A DNA stretch of 32,000 nt from Microcystis aeruginosa NIES-843. Lineage in GTDB: Bacteria; Cyanobacteriota; Cyanobacteriia; Cyanobacteriales; Microcystaceae. A program made the translations under genes and the position numbers. The notes below the pieces were generated by a model. The model did no database searches, was not told the DNA's origin, and saw only the letters and a list, made by a program, of their open reading frames with translations. How positions within the stretch are numbered: the first letter of the stretch is position 1; every line of letters starts with the position of its first letter. Positions 1 to 9,267 of this stretch are shown in pieces. The DNA lies in assembly GCF_000010625.1 (NCBI RefSeq), contig NC_010296.1:4770001-4802000 (forward strand). The letters run 5' to 3'.

Positions 1-3000
1 GATAGTTTTGGATTTTTGATTTGTTGGTTAAATTATCGATCGCACTGCCGATTATTCTCTCTAAATATCTTAAAAAGCTTTTGATTTCTTTTTGTTTTTC
101 CCGATTTATCTCGATCATCTGTTCTGCTAAGTAGGCCAGAATATCATGGACTATATCGGTTTCCTCTCTCCTAATATGTTCCTCGATTTCTTTTAATATC
201 TCTTGCTTTTCTTGATAACTTTTGATAAGTTTCTCTAAACACTGTTGACGGCGATCGCTTTTGGTGTTAAAAGATATTTTTCGGATGGGGATATTTTGTA
301 AATGTATCGATCTAAGTTCAAGTCTACCTCCAGCATCCTCATCACCTAAAACAGAAACCATGAGTTTAGTAACATTAAAAAGCAACTTTGAGTTAAGCAA
401 AGCAAGAAGATAAAAATCAGAACAAGGGATAATAAAACATTTATCATTGGGAAAATAACCTTGATTATCAAGCATGAAACGAGAGGAACTTGCAATAACA
501 GGATATATAATTTTAGGATGCTCAAAAAAAGTCCAATAATCTACAGTGTCTTGTATCTCATACCACTTATAATTACCAGCTTTTCTTCCTTGCCAACTTC
601 CTGAATGTAGTTCTGGTTTAGGTTCTAATTTACTTTTAAATTTTTCTAAATGTTTTTTGATAGTTGGATATTCATTAATGTTAATACCACGCCGAGTAAA
701 TATCAAAAAATTTTCTTGATAATTAATTTCATATTTTCTAATGTCGTCACCTACTACTAACGGTTTAATTATTTCTGCTGACTTTGGATCAGATTCAATT
801 AATTTACTACGGGTATATTGATCAATAAGAAATGCTTCGTTACATCCTGTTATTATTCCACGATAAATCTGATTGTTTACATATTCACTCAGAAAAACAG
901 CTTTTTTTTGTAATTTTTCGACAATTGTAGCAATCTGATTTTTAGCTAACGACCAACCTTCCACAGACAAGCTATTTTCACATACATAATATGACAGATC
1001 ATTAATCACATCAATTAAACTATTGAATTTGAGAGACTTAATCTTTGATATTAAAACATTTTGTTGACCTACAATATTATTTTCAATCAGTAGAATAGAT
1101 GGAAAAGTTGCCGCTTCCGAAAAAACAGGCAATTCTCCAAAATCGATAATTTCTTTTATAGTTGTTTGCTGGGTTAGAAATTGTCTTAATTTCGTTCCAT
1201 AATTAGCACGCATAAATTTATTTGATATAATCAAACCCAAGTGACCTCCTTGCTGTAAGGATAGTAACCCCATTTCGACAAAATAAACGTATAAATCGGC
1301 AACTCCATGAAAAGATTGATAATTTTCTTTTAGAAAGGGTTTAATATCTTTTAATCCTTCTTGTCGAACATAAGGAGGATTACCGATTACTGCATCAAAA
1401 CCGGGGTTATCTTTCCAAGAAGCGGAATCAAGATCGATAAAAACTTCAGGAAATTCCAGATCCCAATGAAAAAAGCGCTTACTTTTATATAAACTAGCTG
1501 CCTGGTCTAAAATTCCTTGATCTGAACGGGGTAACTTATCCCAATTAATTGCCGATATATTGCCACCGTAGCGCTGCAGAAACTCGATAGCAGTTTTAAC
1601 CCCAAAAAAGCGAGAAAGGAAAACATCTAATAAACGCTTGTAGGGTTTAGCTTGACTATCAAAATCACGGAATAACTGTTCACTTGCTTCCACTTCGGCA
1701 AAAGTCGCATCGCTGAGGGTACTAATTCCCCGCATAATTTCCGCGGCCCGAAGTAACCCAACAAAAGGGCCAGTTAAAAGAGTTAATTGACCACTTTCTT
1801 CCTCGATCATAGCGGCTTCTGCGTCCTTAGCGGTAGTTCCGATCAGAGAGTTCCCACAACGCAAATGATGATCCAAAAAACTCAAAGGTGCGCCCACTGT
1901 GAAAGAATGTAACCAGAGACTAACTTTGGCCAATTCTACAGCCATCGGATTGATATCCACCCCATAAATACAGCGCTTCATCACCACTCTCTGTAATAAT
2001 TGCGTGGGTTCAAGGGTGGGAGAATCGAGAATAATTCCCTGTTGTCGGAGATTGTCGATAATATTTTGTCGGGTGGTTTCCAACATGGTTAAAACGGGAT
2101 TATCTTCGGGATAAAGATTGAGAATTTGGATTAACTCATCGGTGAGATAGTCCACTGCTTCTACTAAAAAATGTCCGCTTCCCATGGCGGGGTCACAGAG
2201 TTTAAGATCAAGTAAGGTGGTGATCGCTTTTTTTTCTAAGCGTTGTAGCTCTTTTTCTAATCCCTGCTGACTGAGATTTCCTAAACGTCTATCGCTGCTT
2301 TCTTGTCTTCGGGTGGCGATTTCTGTCATCACATCCCCGAACTGTCGCGCTCTTTGCTCTAAAATTGGTTTGAGGGTATGACTGACAATATATTTAACAA
2401 TATAATCGGGAGTGTAATAGGAACCGGTGGCTTTTCTTTCTCCCCGATCATTTTCCAGATGCACCGATTCCCCCTCAATCACGATGCGATATTCCAGTAA
2501 TCCCTCGTAAATTGATCCTAACTGTCGCACACCTAAAAAACTATAGTCGATCGGCTGTCCCTCAAAACGTGCTAACTTGTCTAAAATGGGCGCTAAAACC
2601 GCATCGGATAACTTATATTGACCGAGAAAACAATTCACCCGGCCTTCTTCCATGTCAAATAAACCCCCGTTGTAACGAGGTACGGCTAAATTAGCATCCC
2701 CTCGATCGACAATGCGAAATAAACTGAGGAGAGCATCGTATATTCCCGTCGAGGTGCCACTAAAGGCCTGCTGACGATCGATTTTAACGGCAATTTCTCG
2801 CGTCTTTTGCAATAAGCTGTAATCACGATAGTCTCCCCTCACCGGCAGCAAGTCCCGCGCTTCTGCGTAGAGCAGAAATAATAATTTATACAGCAAGGAT
2901 AAACTCGCCTCATACAATAAATCTGGCTGTATGTCTGTATTTAATGATACAAAACCTTGAGAAATATCGGGAAAAATGCGATCGAAGACTAACTCTTTTA

Positions 3001-3718
3001 ACTCGTTACCCACTCTGGTGGCATAGGTGGTACTCCCCTCCCGGACGCGTTCAAGGAAATTCTGACCGTGAATATCCTTAATAAAAGCCTCTTGACGGAA
3101 AAATAACCAGAAATACGGAAATTTTTGCCGGTCTCCCCCTTCTAATAGTTCCATCAAGTCCACTAGATAAAATTCCGTGGCTGTGGAGGACGCTTGACGA
3201 TAATATAAGCGCCATTCTCGACCATTAGTGAGAATACCCCAATCTACTCCCGTCCCCGTCAGATAATTGGTGATCTGAAAGGAAGGATTACTATTTTTCC
3301 AGATATCTCGCTGATCATTCTTAGAAACGTCACTAAGAGAACGTTGCCAGTATTTGGCCTCAGCGATCGCTAAAACTTGACTATAAAAGGCTCTTTCATT
3401 ATTCTGGAGAGCATAGGCTTGATAACGGTCATTTTCTGTGGCAAATAGGGCATAATCTGGCCTTTCTGACCTTCCTTTTCCCCTACTGCTTACCTGCGGT
3501 ATATAACTAAAACCGAGAATTTCTAGAATCGGTTGTATTAATTCTGCTTCCGTTTGCGCTTCGTTAAGAGTCGGCAAAATCGCCTTTTTTTGTTGATAAA
3601 GACTCTCTAAGCGGCCAAATGCCACCGATACATCCTCTTGCCATTCCCCAGAATCCGGCAGCCGATGCTCAAGATAGTGTTGAGAAAAAAGTGGTTTATT
3701 GCCCGTTTGTCCTGACAT
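1..3718 (-). CDS. Type IIG restriction-modification enzyme (fused PD-ExK endonuclease + gamma-class N6-adenine DNA methyltransferase + C-terminal specificity region). The 3' end runs off the window (more than 1239 codons).
   Basis: ATG at 3718 on minus. No complete minus-strand ORF is listed for 1-4226, so the frame must stay open to the window edge. Hand translation gives MSGQTGNKPLFSQHYLEHRLPDSGEW at the N-terminus. SERPDYALF (about 3440-3470) plus VLAIAEAKYW (about 3350-3375) form a PD...ExK nuclease motif. LCDPAMGSGHFL (about 2165-2200) is SAM motif I. FDAVIGNPPYV (about 1370-1402) is motif IV; I checked that it is in frame with the ATG. Confidence 0.8.
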   Translation of the reverse strand, partial: MSGQTGNKPLFSQHYLEHRLPDSGEWQEDVSVAFGRLESLYQQKKAILPTLNEAQTEAELIQPILEILGFSYIPQVSSRGKGRSERPDYALFATENDRYQAYALQNNERAFYSQVLAIAEAKYWQRSLSDVSKNDQRDIWKNSNPSFQITNYLTGTGVDWGILTNGREWRLYYRQASSTATEFYLVDLMELLEGGDRQKFPYFWLFFRQEAFIKDIHGQNFLERVREGSTTYATRVGNELKELVFDRIFPDISQGFVSLNTDIQPDLLYEASLSLLYKLLFLLYAEARDLLPVRGDYRDYSLLQKTREIAVKIDRQQAFSGTSTGIYDALLSLFRIVDRGDANLAVPRYNGGLFDMEEGRVNCFLGQYKLSDAVLAPILDKLARFEGQPIDYSFLGVRQLGSIYEGLLEYRIVIEGESVHLENDRGERKATGSYYTPDYIVKYIVSHTLKPILEQRARQFGDVMTEIATRRQESSDRRLGNLSQQGLEKELQRLEKKAITTLLDLKLCDPAMGSGHFLVEAVDYLTDELIQILNLYPEDNPVLTMLETTRQNIIDNLRQQGIILDSPTLEPTQLLQRVVMKRCIYGVDINPMAVELAKVSLWLHSFTVGAPLSFLDHHLRCGNSLIGTTAKDAEAAMIEEESGQLTLLTGPFVGLLRAAEIMRGISTLSDATFAEVEASEQLFRDFDSQAKPYKRLLDVFLSRFFGVKTAIEFLQRYGGNISAINWDKLPRSDQGILDQAASLYKSKRFFHWDLEFPEVFIDLDSASWKDNPGFDAVIGNPPYVRQEGLKDIKPFLKENYQSFHGVADLYVYFVEMGLLSLQQGGHLGLIISNKFMRANYGTKLRQFLTQQTTIKEIIDFGELPVFSEAATFPSILLIENNIVGQQNVLISKIKSLKFNSLIDVINDLSYYVCENSLSVEGWSLAKNQIATIVEKLQKKAVFLSEYVNNQIYRGIITGCNEAFLIDQYTRSKLIESDPKSAEIIKPLVVGDDIRKYEINYQENFLIFTRRGININEYPTIKKHLEKFKSKLEPKPELHSGSWQGRKAGNYKWYEIQDTVDYWTFFEHPKIIYPVIASSSRFMLDNQGYFPNDKCFIIPCSDFYLLALLNSKLLFNVTKLMVSVLGDEDAGGRLELRSIHLQNIPIRKISFNTKSDRRQQCLEKLIKSYQEKQEILKEIEEHIRREETDIVHDILAYLAEQMIEINREKQKEIKSFLRYLERIIGSAIDNLTNKSKIQNY

Positions 3719-3738
3719 GGCCGATTATCCTAACATTG

Positions 3739-3867
3739 AGGGTATCTAGCCTAAAAATGAAGGGTTCGCAGGCAGGCACGGATTCCCATTATACAAAAAG
3801 TATATGTCAAGTCTCCGATTTTGTCAAGAGTTTTGGCAAAAAAAAATCGCCAAGACTTACCACAGCC
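3739..3867. repeat. Copy 1 of a direct repeat (paralog of 6690-6870, lacking about 49 bp that include the terminator hairpin)
   Basis: Near-identical string agggtatctagcctaaaaatgaagggttcgcaggcaggcacggattcccattatacaaaaagtatatgtcaagtctccgattttgtcaag... in both places. Copy 1 ends with aagacttaccacagcc, which equals the last codons of the IscA-like gene. Confidence 0.9.
3799..3827 (-). promoter_or_regulatory. Sigma70-like promoter candidate facing the RM gene
   Basis: On minus: TTGACA (3827-3822), a 17-nt spacer, then TATACT (3804-3799), about 80 nt upstream of the ATG at 3718. The same sequence recurs at about 6750-6778 inside the repeat copy. Confidence 0.3.
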
Positions 3868-3975
3868 GTAGGTATATTGACATCCTCGCCGCCGTAAAAC
3901 GGACGGCGATTCCTCACCACGCCACTTTTTTAGGGTGGTCGCGTCAACGGGGTTGACGCAGATAGCGAAAAACGC

Positions 3976-6059
3976 TTAATCCCACATTCCGCACCCTAAG
4001 TGTCACAACGTCTCAAAAGAGGAAGGGGCGTGAGTCAAAATACTTATCTAGAGGAGTGAGTTGGCGGCAAGCTGCCGGCAACTAAGCCGAAAATTTCAGA
4101 GTTCCCCCGGTCATTCTCAATAAACAGTGCTTGTTGAGAATGACTAGGCAATCAGACTTAACATCTAGGGGGAGATGTTCCAGTTGCTCGCTTTGTTTTG
4201 TCACCCCTTGAAGTCAATCCATCTGGTCAAGATAAGAGATAATATTCTTGGCAAGGTTTGGGAAAAAATCTCAAAATGTTGCGCCTCTCATCCGTTAAGT
4301 TGCTAATCTTTTGATTGTCTTGAATACGGACGAGATGAATCCCTTGAAAGCACTGAAATATCCAGCGTAACGTCGGTCGGTCAGTTAACTTACCCAACGG
4401 ATTTTTCAGTCCCGTCTCCTGCTGTTTTAAACTTAAACGAAGTTGTCTTTGACCAATAGTATAAACCAGCAGGCACAAGCCCATGAGCATGGCCATGACC
4501 TCGATTCTATGGGGAGATTTGAGAAAGACACTGTGGGCAAAAAAGCAGGGGTCTTTGAGAAAAGAAAATCCTCTTTCCGGAGCTTGTTGCCCTTTATATT
4601 TTTTGAGTATATCCTCACTGCTCAATCGTTGTTTCTCCAAATCGTTAGTTGCTAAAACGAATCGTCCTGCTCGTTTCTTTAGCCTCTCAATCGCTGCCAA
4701 ATTCAACTCTAATTTGGCTTGAACTTGATAGCTTTGAGAGGGTAAATCGTCTTTTGATTTGAGTTTTGACCCCTGGGACTCAGGCGGAATGAGATTGACT
4801 TTAATCTCCGTTAACTGATGAGATTTTAAGGAGTCAGATAATCCTTTGGCTATCGCCAACGCCACCGCTCTATTCTCAAATTCTCTTCGGGATAGTTGCC
4901 GGATTTTTTCTTGGGCAGAATTCTTTTCTTGCTCGATTTTTTTCTCTAATTTTTTCAAGTCTGATTCTTGTCTAGCTTGACTTTCAACTAGCAACCATCT
5001 TTGTTCTATACCCCCATAGTTAGAGCTTGTTTCCCGCCAGGAATAACCCGGTATTTCTGAATCGGTTAACTCTTTTTCTGAGATGCTATCGACTAACTCT
5101 TGAGCCTCTTTAATGCTTAATGGTACTCGAGACAACCAACGCATTTCTTTCATTAGTTTTAAATTCTCTTTGCTATAGAGGGCGCTATCGCCGACTATTA
5201 AACTGTCAAAGTCAACTTGTTTTTTAAATTCTCGGGCGATTTGACCAAAAACCGCTTTGTCCGCTTCATTTCCGTCCCCTACTTTCAGGAATAAAGGTAC
5301 ATCTCCATCCCCACTTACGATTAAGTCAATCATAAATTGTTTTAAGTCAGGTCTTCGGTCGCGGGAGTATCCGTAGGTAATTTTTATTGGCTGTTGTCTG
5401 GTTTCAATTTCTTCTCCCACTGCTCCTGATTTCAGGATTTCTACTGTTGGGTATTCCTTTTTATATTCTCCTTCTACTGATAGAGAAGTCGAATCTAAAT
5501 GGGAGTTCTCGGTTGCTACACCAAATTTTTTCACGGCGGCTAAACTGATGAGTAGGAAAATACCCGAAACATCCAGTTGATAAAGTTTGTCCATTACTCG
5601 ACCAATTTTATCATCATTCAGGTGTTTTGCTTCGATGCCTTCTCCCAGCAGATGTTCGGTTGCTTTATCTTCAAAAAATTGAGGAAATAAATACAAGGCT
5701 CGGGAGACAAATCCCAATCCATTCAGGATAATTGCTTTCACGACTTGCCCCGCTGTGACAATTTCTCCTCGCTCAATTGAGACTTGTTCGTTGATAATTT
5801 CAACGATTCCTATTTCATCGATAATTCCGGCTACTAATCCCAGATGGTCTAGATTTTTGACTTCAATTTCTGTTGATTGATTCATGGTCGAACAGTCCAC
5901 TCGCCTCAGTTTTCCAACAATTCCTATTTTTTCATAATTAGGGTCTCAAAGCCCCCCTAGCGGCCACCGAGAAAACCTTCACCAGCTAAGTATTTTTACT
6001 CAAGTCTCTGGCGGGGGACAGCTTATGTGACAGTTGAGGGTGCGGAATGTGGGCTTAAT
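3976..6059 (-). mobile_element. IS4-superfamily (IS1634-group) insertion sequence, about 2.08 kb
   Basis: Imperfect ~32-bp terminal inverted repeats. Left is TTAATCCCACATTCCGCACCCTAAGTGTCACA (3976-4007). The reverse complement of the right end (6026-6059) is TTAAGCCCACATTCCGCACCCTCAACTGTCACA. They enclose an intact transposase ORF. No clear short target duplication was seen. Confidence 0.8.
4227..5900 (-). CDS. DDE transposase, IS1634/IS4 family (557 aa, intact)
   Basis: The N-terminal VKNLDHLGLVAGIIDEIGIVEIINEQV signature is typical of this transposase group (family assignment from memory). The ORF lies between the terminal IRs. Confidence 0.85.
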   Translation of the reverse strand: MDCSTMNQSTEIEVKNLDHLGLVAGIIDEIGIVEIINEQVSIERGEIVTAGQVVKAIILNGLGFVSRALYLFPQFFEDKATEHLLGEGIEAKHLNDDKIGRVMDKLYQLDVSGIFLLISLAAVKKFGVATENSHLDSTSLSVEGEYKKEYPTVEILKSGAVGEEIETRQQPIKITYGYSRDRRPDLKQFMIDLIVSGDGDVPLFLKVGDGNEADKAVFGQIAREFKKQVDFDSLIVGDSALYSKENLKLMKEMRWLSRVPLSIKEAQELVDSISEKELTDSEIPGYSWRETSSNYGGIEQRWLLVESQARQESDLKKLEKKIEQEKNSAQEKIRQLSRREFENRAVALAIAKGLSDSLKSHQLTEIKVNLIPPESQGSKLKSKDDLPSQSYQVQAKLELNLAAIERLKKRAGRFVLATNDLEKQRLSSEDILKKYKGQQAPERGFSFLKDPCFFAHSVFLKSPHRIEVMAMLMGLCLLVYTIGQRQLRLSLKQQETGLKNPLGKLTDRPTLRWIFQCFQGIHLVRIQDNQKISNLTDERRNILRFFPKPCQEYYLLS

Positions 6060-6376
6060 TGCTTAAGTCTGACTCTTTCGACCCGTCCGTTTTGAGTGTC
6101 CGAATGCCCTCCGGCCACTTTGAACAAGTCGAAAAAATCTAATGTTCAACCTTATTTCCTAGAAAGTTTTACTCGTTCAAGGCCGAATTTGAATTCTTTT
6201 CTGAACAAAACCCCCTACTATCTGTTGTCAAGGTTCAGTTTTTAGCTTGGTTATCGCTTTTTCCATTGTAGCTTAAAGCCGTCCTAAAAGGACGGGGTTT
6301 TAACCCAAATTTTCGATAATGGGGATAAAAATTAAAATCCTTGGTAGTCACCGATGACTGATAACTGGTAACTGAA

Positions 6377-6643
6377 ATGACCCCCCAAGCAATCCCTAAA
6401 CTCAATCACTTGCCCTCTGCCCTAGCCAGAGAGGGAGCCGTCTGCCTAGAATTAGAAGATGGAGTTGCTATATTTCGAGCCTCCACTGCCGTTCAGACTC
6501 GGATTGAAGAATTACTCCAACTAGAGAAAGAATCAGCAATTACCCCCGCACAAAAGCAAGAACTCGATGCCTACGAAGAAATTGACGACTACCTCAGCTT
6601 TGTCAATCGTACCTTGCGGAATCTCAGCAAAAACCCCTCTTGA
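6377..6643 (+). CDS. Small hypothetical protein (88 aa), helical, acidic C-terminal half
   Basis: Clean ORF. The motif ...ELDAYEEIDDYLSFVNRTLRNL resembles small cyanobacterial proteins of unknown function. No domain recognised. Confidence 0.45.
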   Translation: MTPQAIPKLNHLPSALAREGAVCLELEDGVAIFRASTAVQTRIEELLQLEKESAITPAQKQELDAYEEIDDYLSFVNRTLRNLSKNPS

Positions 6644-6689
6644 TGTCTAAAAAGTTTTCCTCAGATTATTATCGTCTCTGATTCAGAGC

Positions 6690-6870
6690 AGGGTATCTAG
6701 CCTAAAAATGAAGGGTTCGCAGGCAGGCACGGATTCCCATTATACAAAAAGTATATGTCAAGTCTCCGATTTTGTCAAGGGTTTTGGCCAAAAAAAATCG
6801 CCTCTGGGAGGCGGAGGTGAAAGGTATCACCCCAGAGAAATAATTAAACGCCAAAAGACTTACCACAGCC
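6690..6870. repeat. Copy 2 (full-length) of the direct repeat; it overlaps the terminator and the last 27 bp of the IscA-like gene
   Basis: Aligns to 3739-3867 with 2-3 substitutions plus the extra segment at about 6804-6852. Confidence 0.9.
6791..6814 (-). terminator. Rho-independent terminator of the IscA-like gene
   Basis: Plus-strand cgcctc-tgg-gaggcg hairpin (6800-6814), followed on the minus strand by a T8 run (A8 at 6791-6798), 30 nt after the stop codon. Confidence 0.6.
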
Positions 6871-7200
6871 ACAGGTTTGACTGGCGTTGGGATTAGTGAA
6901 TTGGAACCCACCGCCGATCATCGCGTTGCTGTAATCTAACATGAGACCGTAGAGATAGAGCAGACTTTTTTTATCAGAGACAATTTTGAAGCCATCGTAA
7001 TCGAAAACCTCATCTTGGGGGCCAATATTGCTAGGATGCTCAAAATCCATCATATAGGACATTCCCGAACAACCACCTTGACGCACACCCACGCGCAGAC
7101 ATAAATCCTTGCCCTGTTGCTCTTTGAGCATGGTAAGGTGTTTGAGGGCAGCCTCACTGAGTAAAATTCCTTTTCCTTGAATCTGAGTAGCTTGTGTCAT
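6844..7200 (-). CDS. IscA/HesB-family iron-sulfur cluster insertion protein (118 aa)
   Basis: [10 protein letters not shown] plus a C-terminal [10 protein letters not shown] cysteine signature, and the length expected for this family. Confidence 0.85.
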   Translation of the reverse strand: MTQATQIQGKGILLSEAALKHLTMLKEQQGKDLCLRVGVRQGGCSGMSYMMDFEHPSNIGPQDEVFDYDGFKIVSDKKSLLYLYGLMLDYSNAMIGGGFQFTNPNASQTCGCGKSFGV

Positions 7201-7501
7201 CTTTAGCAGGAACTCCTAAACGCAGTTGAAGGGGACATATAAAACTTTACCTTCTCCTATCCATCTTAACGATAGTTGAGGACTGATGACCGAATTACTT
7301 CTTACTTTTCCCAGTCTCGCAGGAGTTGTAGGGCAAAAAAAAGCAAAAAACTGGGATTATTAATTAAATAGCGTTGCCAGAGACGACTAGATTCTTTAAA
7401 CAAACCCTAGAGCCATTCTAAGCCGATTTTCATCACCCAACGGACAGGACAGCGCTGCTTTGAGGATGCCGAAAAAGCAGCCGGAAAAGAGCCAAAGAAA
7501 T

Positions 7502-7891
7502 TTACTTTTCTAAGCGAAGATTAGCGCCGCTGCTATCGGTGCGATAAACCCAAGTTTTTTGGTTATCAGTCAGAATAATTCGCCATCCTTGCACCAGTGC
7601 TTGAGTACAGAATTCTCCCGGTTTAGCTAATCCTAAACAACCATCGGGCCAGGTTTGTGGTTGTGCTGCTTGAATTTGCAAGCGATTAACCGATATCTTG
7701 GTTTTCCGACTCAAATCTTGACGGGTGGCGGCGATAACCGAATTAGGTGGCTCAGGAGATGCTAAACTAGGTGGCGCTAAGAGGAGAGAAAGCAGACTCA
7801 TTAGCATTAAAAAGCCAGTTGCTCCCTGAATAATTCTCGTTTTACCGATTTCTACTTGCTGGCTTTGGCTAAAATTTTTTCTAAATATCAT
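7502..7891 (-). CDS. Hypothetical secreted protein (129 aa or shorter; start uncertain)
   Basis: Signal-peptide-like FLMLMSLLSLLLAPPSLASP, then a Cys pair (WPDGCLGLAKPGEFCTQA). No domain recognised. Confidence 0.45.
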   Translation of the reverse strand: MIFRKNFSQSQQVEIGKTRIIQGATGFLMLMSLLSLLLAPPSLASPEPPNSVIAATRQDLSRKTKISVNRLQIQAAQPQTWPDGCLGLAKPGEFCTQALVQGWRIILTDNQKTWVYRTDSSGANLRLEK

Positions 7892-7955
7892 CTTGAGTGC
7901 TGCCTCTTTCTGGGGGGTGATAGTCCGAGGGAATCTTCCTGTTTATTATCAGTGT

Positions 7956-8051
7956 CAGATCCCCCCGCCTATCGGCACCCCCCTTATCAAGGGGGGCAGG
8001 GGGGATCGAACCTAAAATCCATTTTTAATTTAATTATAACCAGCTACTTAT
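7956..8051. repeat. Nested-palindrome MITE-like dispersed repeat, copy 1
   Basis: cagatccccccgcctatcggcaccccccttatcaaggggggcaggggggatcgaacctaaaatccatttttaatttaattataaccagctacttat; also found at 15188-15306 and, in a short form, at 16420-16470. Confidence 0.85.
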
Positions 8052-8174
8052 GTTCCCGCTCTGGTTTTCGAGCAGCGGCAGCAGTCAATGTCGGTTTTCG
8101 CTGCCATCTCCTGAAAACTGTCGCCCCTTTAAGGGGCGATGGCGATTAAAATAGATGAGGATGAACTATCTTAG

Positions 8175-8528
8175 ATGGATGGGCTTATGTTATCTTTTTT
8201 CCTCCGTTGGTTGATTACCGCCGTCTCTTTATTGATTACAGCGCGAATAGTACCCGGTATAGAAATTAAAGATTTTACCGTGGCTTTGATAGCTGCTGTC
8301 GCTTTGGGTTTAATTAATGCTATTATTAGACCCCTGTTGATTCTTTTTACCCTGCCTTTAACTATTTTGACCCTAGGGTTATTTATTTTTGTGGTTAATG
8401 CCATTTCCTTTTCTTTAGCCTCCTATTTTATCCGTGGCTTTGAGGTAAAATCATTTTTTGCTGCTTTATTCGGTTCGATCGTGGTTTCGATCATTTCAGG
8501 AGTTTTAAATGGCATTTTCGTTGACTAA
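8175..8528 (+). CDS. Small polytopic membrane protein, phage-holin-IV / DUF360-like
   Basis: 117 aa with 3-4 hydrophobic helices. RWLITAVSLLITARIVPGIEI...LINAIIRPLLILFTLPLTILTLGLF fits that family. The start could be the internal Met at 8187. Confidence 0.6.
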   Translation: MDGLMLSFFLRWLITAVSLLITARIVPGIEIKDFTVALIAAVALGLINAIIRPLLILFTLPLTILTLGLFIFVVNAISFSLASYFIRGFEVKSFFAALFGSIVVSIISGVLNGIFVD

Positions 8529-8595
8529 AGTGGGCAATAATTCGGTTAATTAGTGAGCAATCCTCTGTTTAAAACAGCTTGGCTTAGTCTGATCT

Positions 8596-8631
8596 AGAGA
8601 CGTTGATTATAACAACGTCTCTCTAGTTTTT
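8596..8631 (+). terminator. Rho-independent terminator after the membrane-protein gene
   Basis: Perfect 10-bp stem agagacgttg / caacgtctct (8596-8605 / 8613-8622) with a 7-nt loop, then ctagTTTTT. Confidence 0.6.
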
Positions 8632-8842
8632 GGTAAATAGCGATAGTTTTTATTTGAGAATCAGGGAATTAAATTGACAAAAAGATTGACAAAAATTATC
8701 GTTTGTGTTAAACAAGTTATATCGATCATTTACCAGAGGGCTTTAGGGTATGTTTATTATTTTATCTATGAGATCACTTAGAACTACACCCAGAAAATCT
8801 CTACGGATTTAAGTGGGTGGGTGGAATTAAATATAAGATGAA

Positions 8843-8908
8843 CGTAGGTTGGGTTGAAGCATGAAACCCAACGCCCGCTCATGTTACGCTACCGCTAACC
8901 CATCCTAC
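8843..8908. repeat. Short palindromic repeat element (GTAGGTTGGGTT...AACCCAAC / ...CTAACCCATCCTAC type)
   Basis: Hairpin ggttgggtt-gaagcatgaa-acccaac, followed by gttacgctaccgctaacccatcctac. This sequence style is a dispersed repeat in cyanobacteria (from memory). Only one copy is present in this window. Confidence 0.4.
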
Positions 8909-9267
8909 AAATAATTGTGCCTCCCTACTTACCGTGGCTTTTGTCGTTAAAAATCAGGAAAATTTAATCCCAAGATTTCCATCTCAAGCACCGAGAGCAA
9001 GTTCAATTACTATTAGAATAGTAACTTTGTGTGAAGATTTGGCTAACCGGGATGATCCGATCAGACAAAACAAATATAATCATCTTAATTAGATGACTAA
9101 TAAGCTTTCTCGATCATCTTTCCAGACAGCATAACTACAAGAGTGTAGCAGGGGATTGTTGAGCTAAGGAGATTAACTAATCTCAAGTCAATTTTTCTTG
9201 TCTGTGTTTGCTTGAGAGACACAATCATCGCAGCAAAAGTTTTTTCATTCAATTTAGAGGTTTTAAA

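Noticed and set aside
3619-3897. Track ORFs 3619-3897 and 6708-6896 share the peptide MKGSQAGTDSHYTKSICQVSDFVK, which looks like a conserved small protein.
   Set aside because: The shared peptide comes from the duplicated DNA repeat (3739-3867 / 6690-6870). The first ORF overlaps the RM gene start on the other strand and the second overlaps the iscA-like terminator and 3' end. Both frames diverge as soon as the repeat ends. The region is better explained as non-coding repeat, promoter and terminator DNA.
3868-6330. Hairpins flanking the IS (cgccgt/acggcg 3890-3908; gcgtcaa/ttgacgc 3941-3959; ccgtccgtttt 6086-6096 inverted relative to aaaacggacgg 3896-3906; ccgtcc-taaaa-ggacgg 6279-6295). They suggested an ncRNA or second element disrupted by the IS.
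   Set aside because: I could not assemble them into any recognisable RNA family or a pair of terminal repeats. The shared ACGGACGG-type strings are short. They are noted only as context for the direct-repeat finding.
7286-7363. 25-codon ORF (MTELLLTFPSLAGVVGQKKAKNWDY) with a GAGG 5 nt upstream, in the gap between the IscA-like gene and the secreted-protein gene.
   Set aside because: The hydrophobic stretch is too short for a membrane helix. It bears no resemblance to known small photosynthetic subunits and has no second line of evidence.
8001-8012. The reverse complement reads GGTTCGATCCCC, a tRNA T-arm-like string, inside the nested-palindrome repeat (also in the copy at 15188-15306).
   Set aside because: No matching 5' half of a T stem, no acceptor stem and no anticodon arm can be drawn. 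It is part of the repeat palindrome, not a tRNA or tRNA-derived SINE that I can support.
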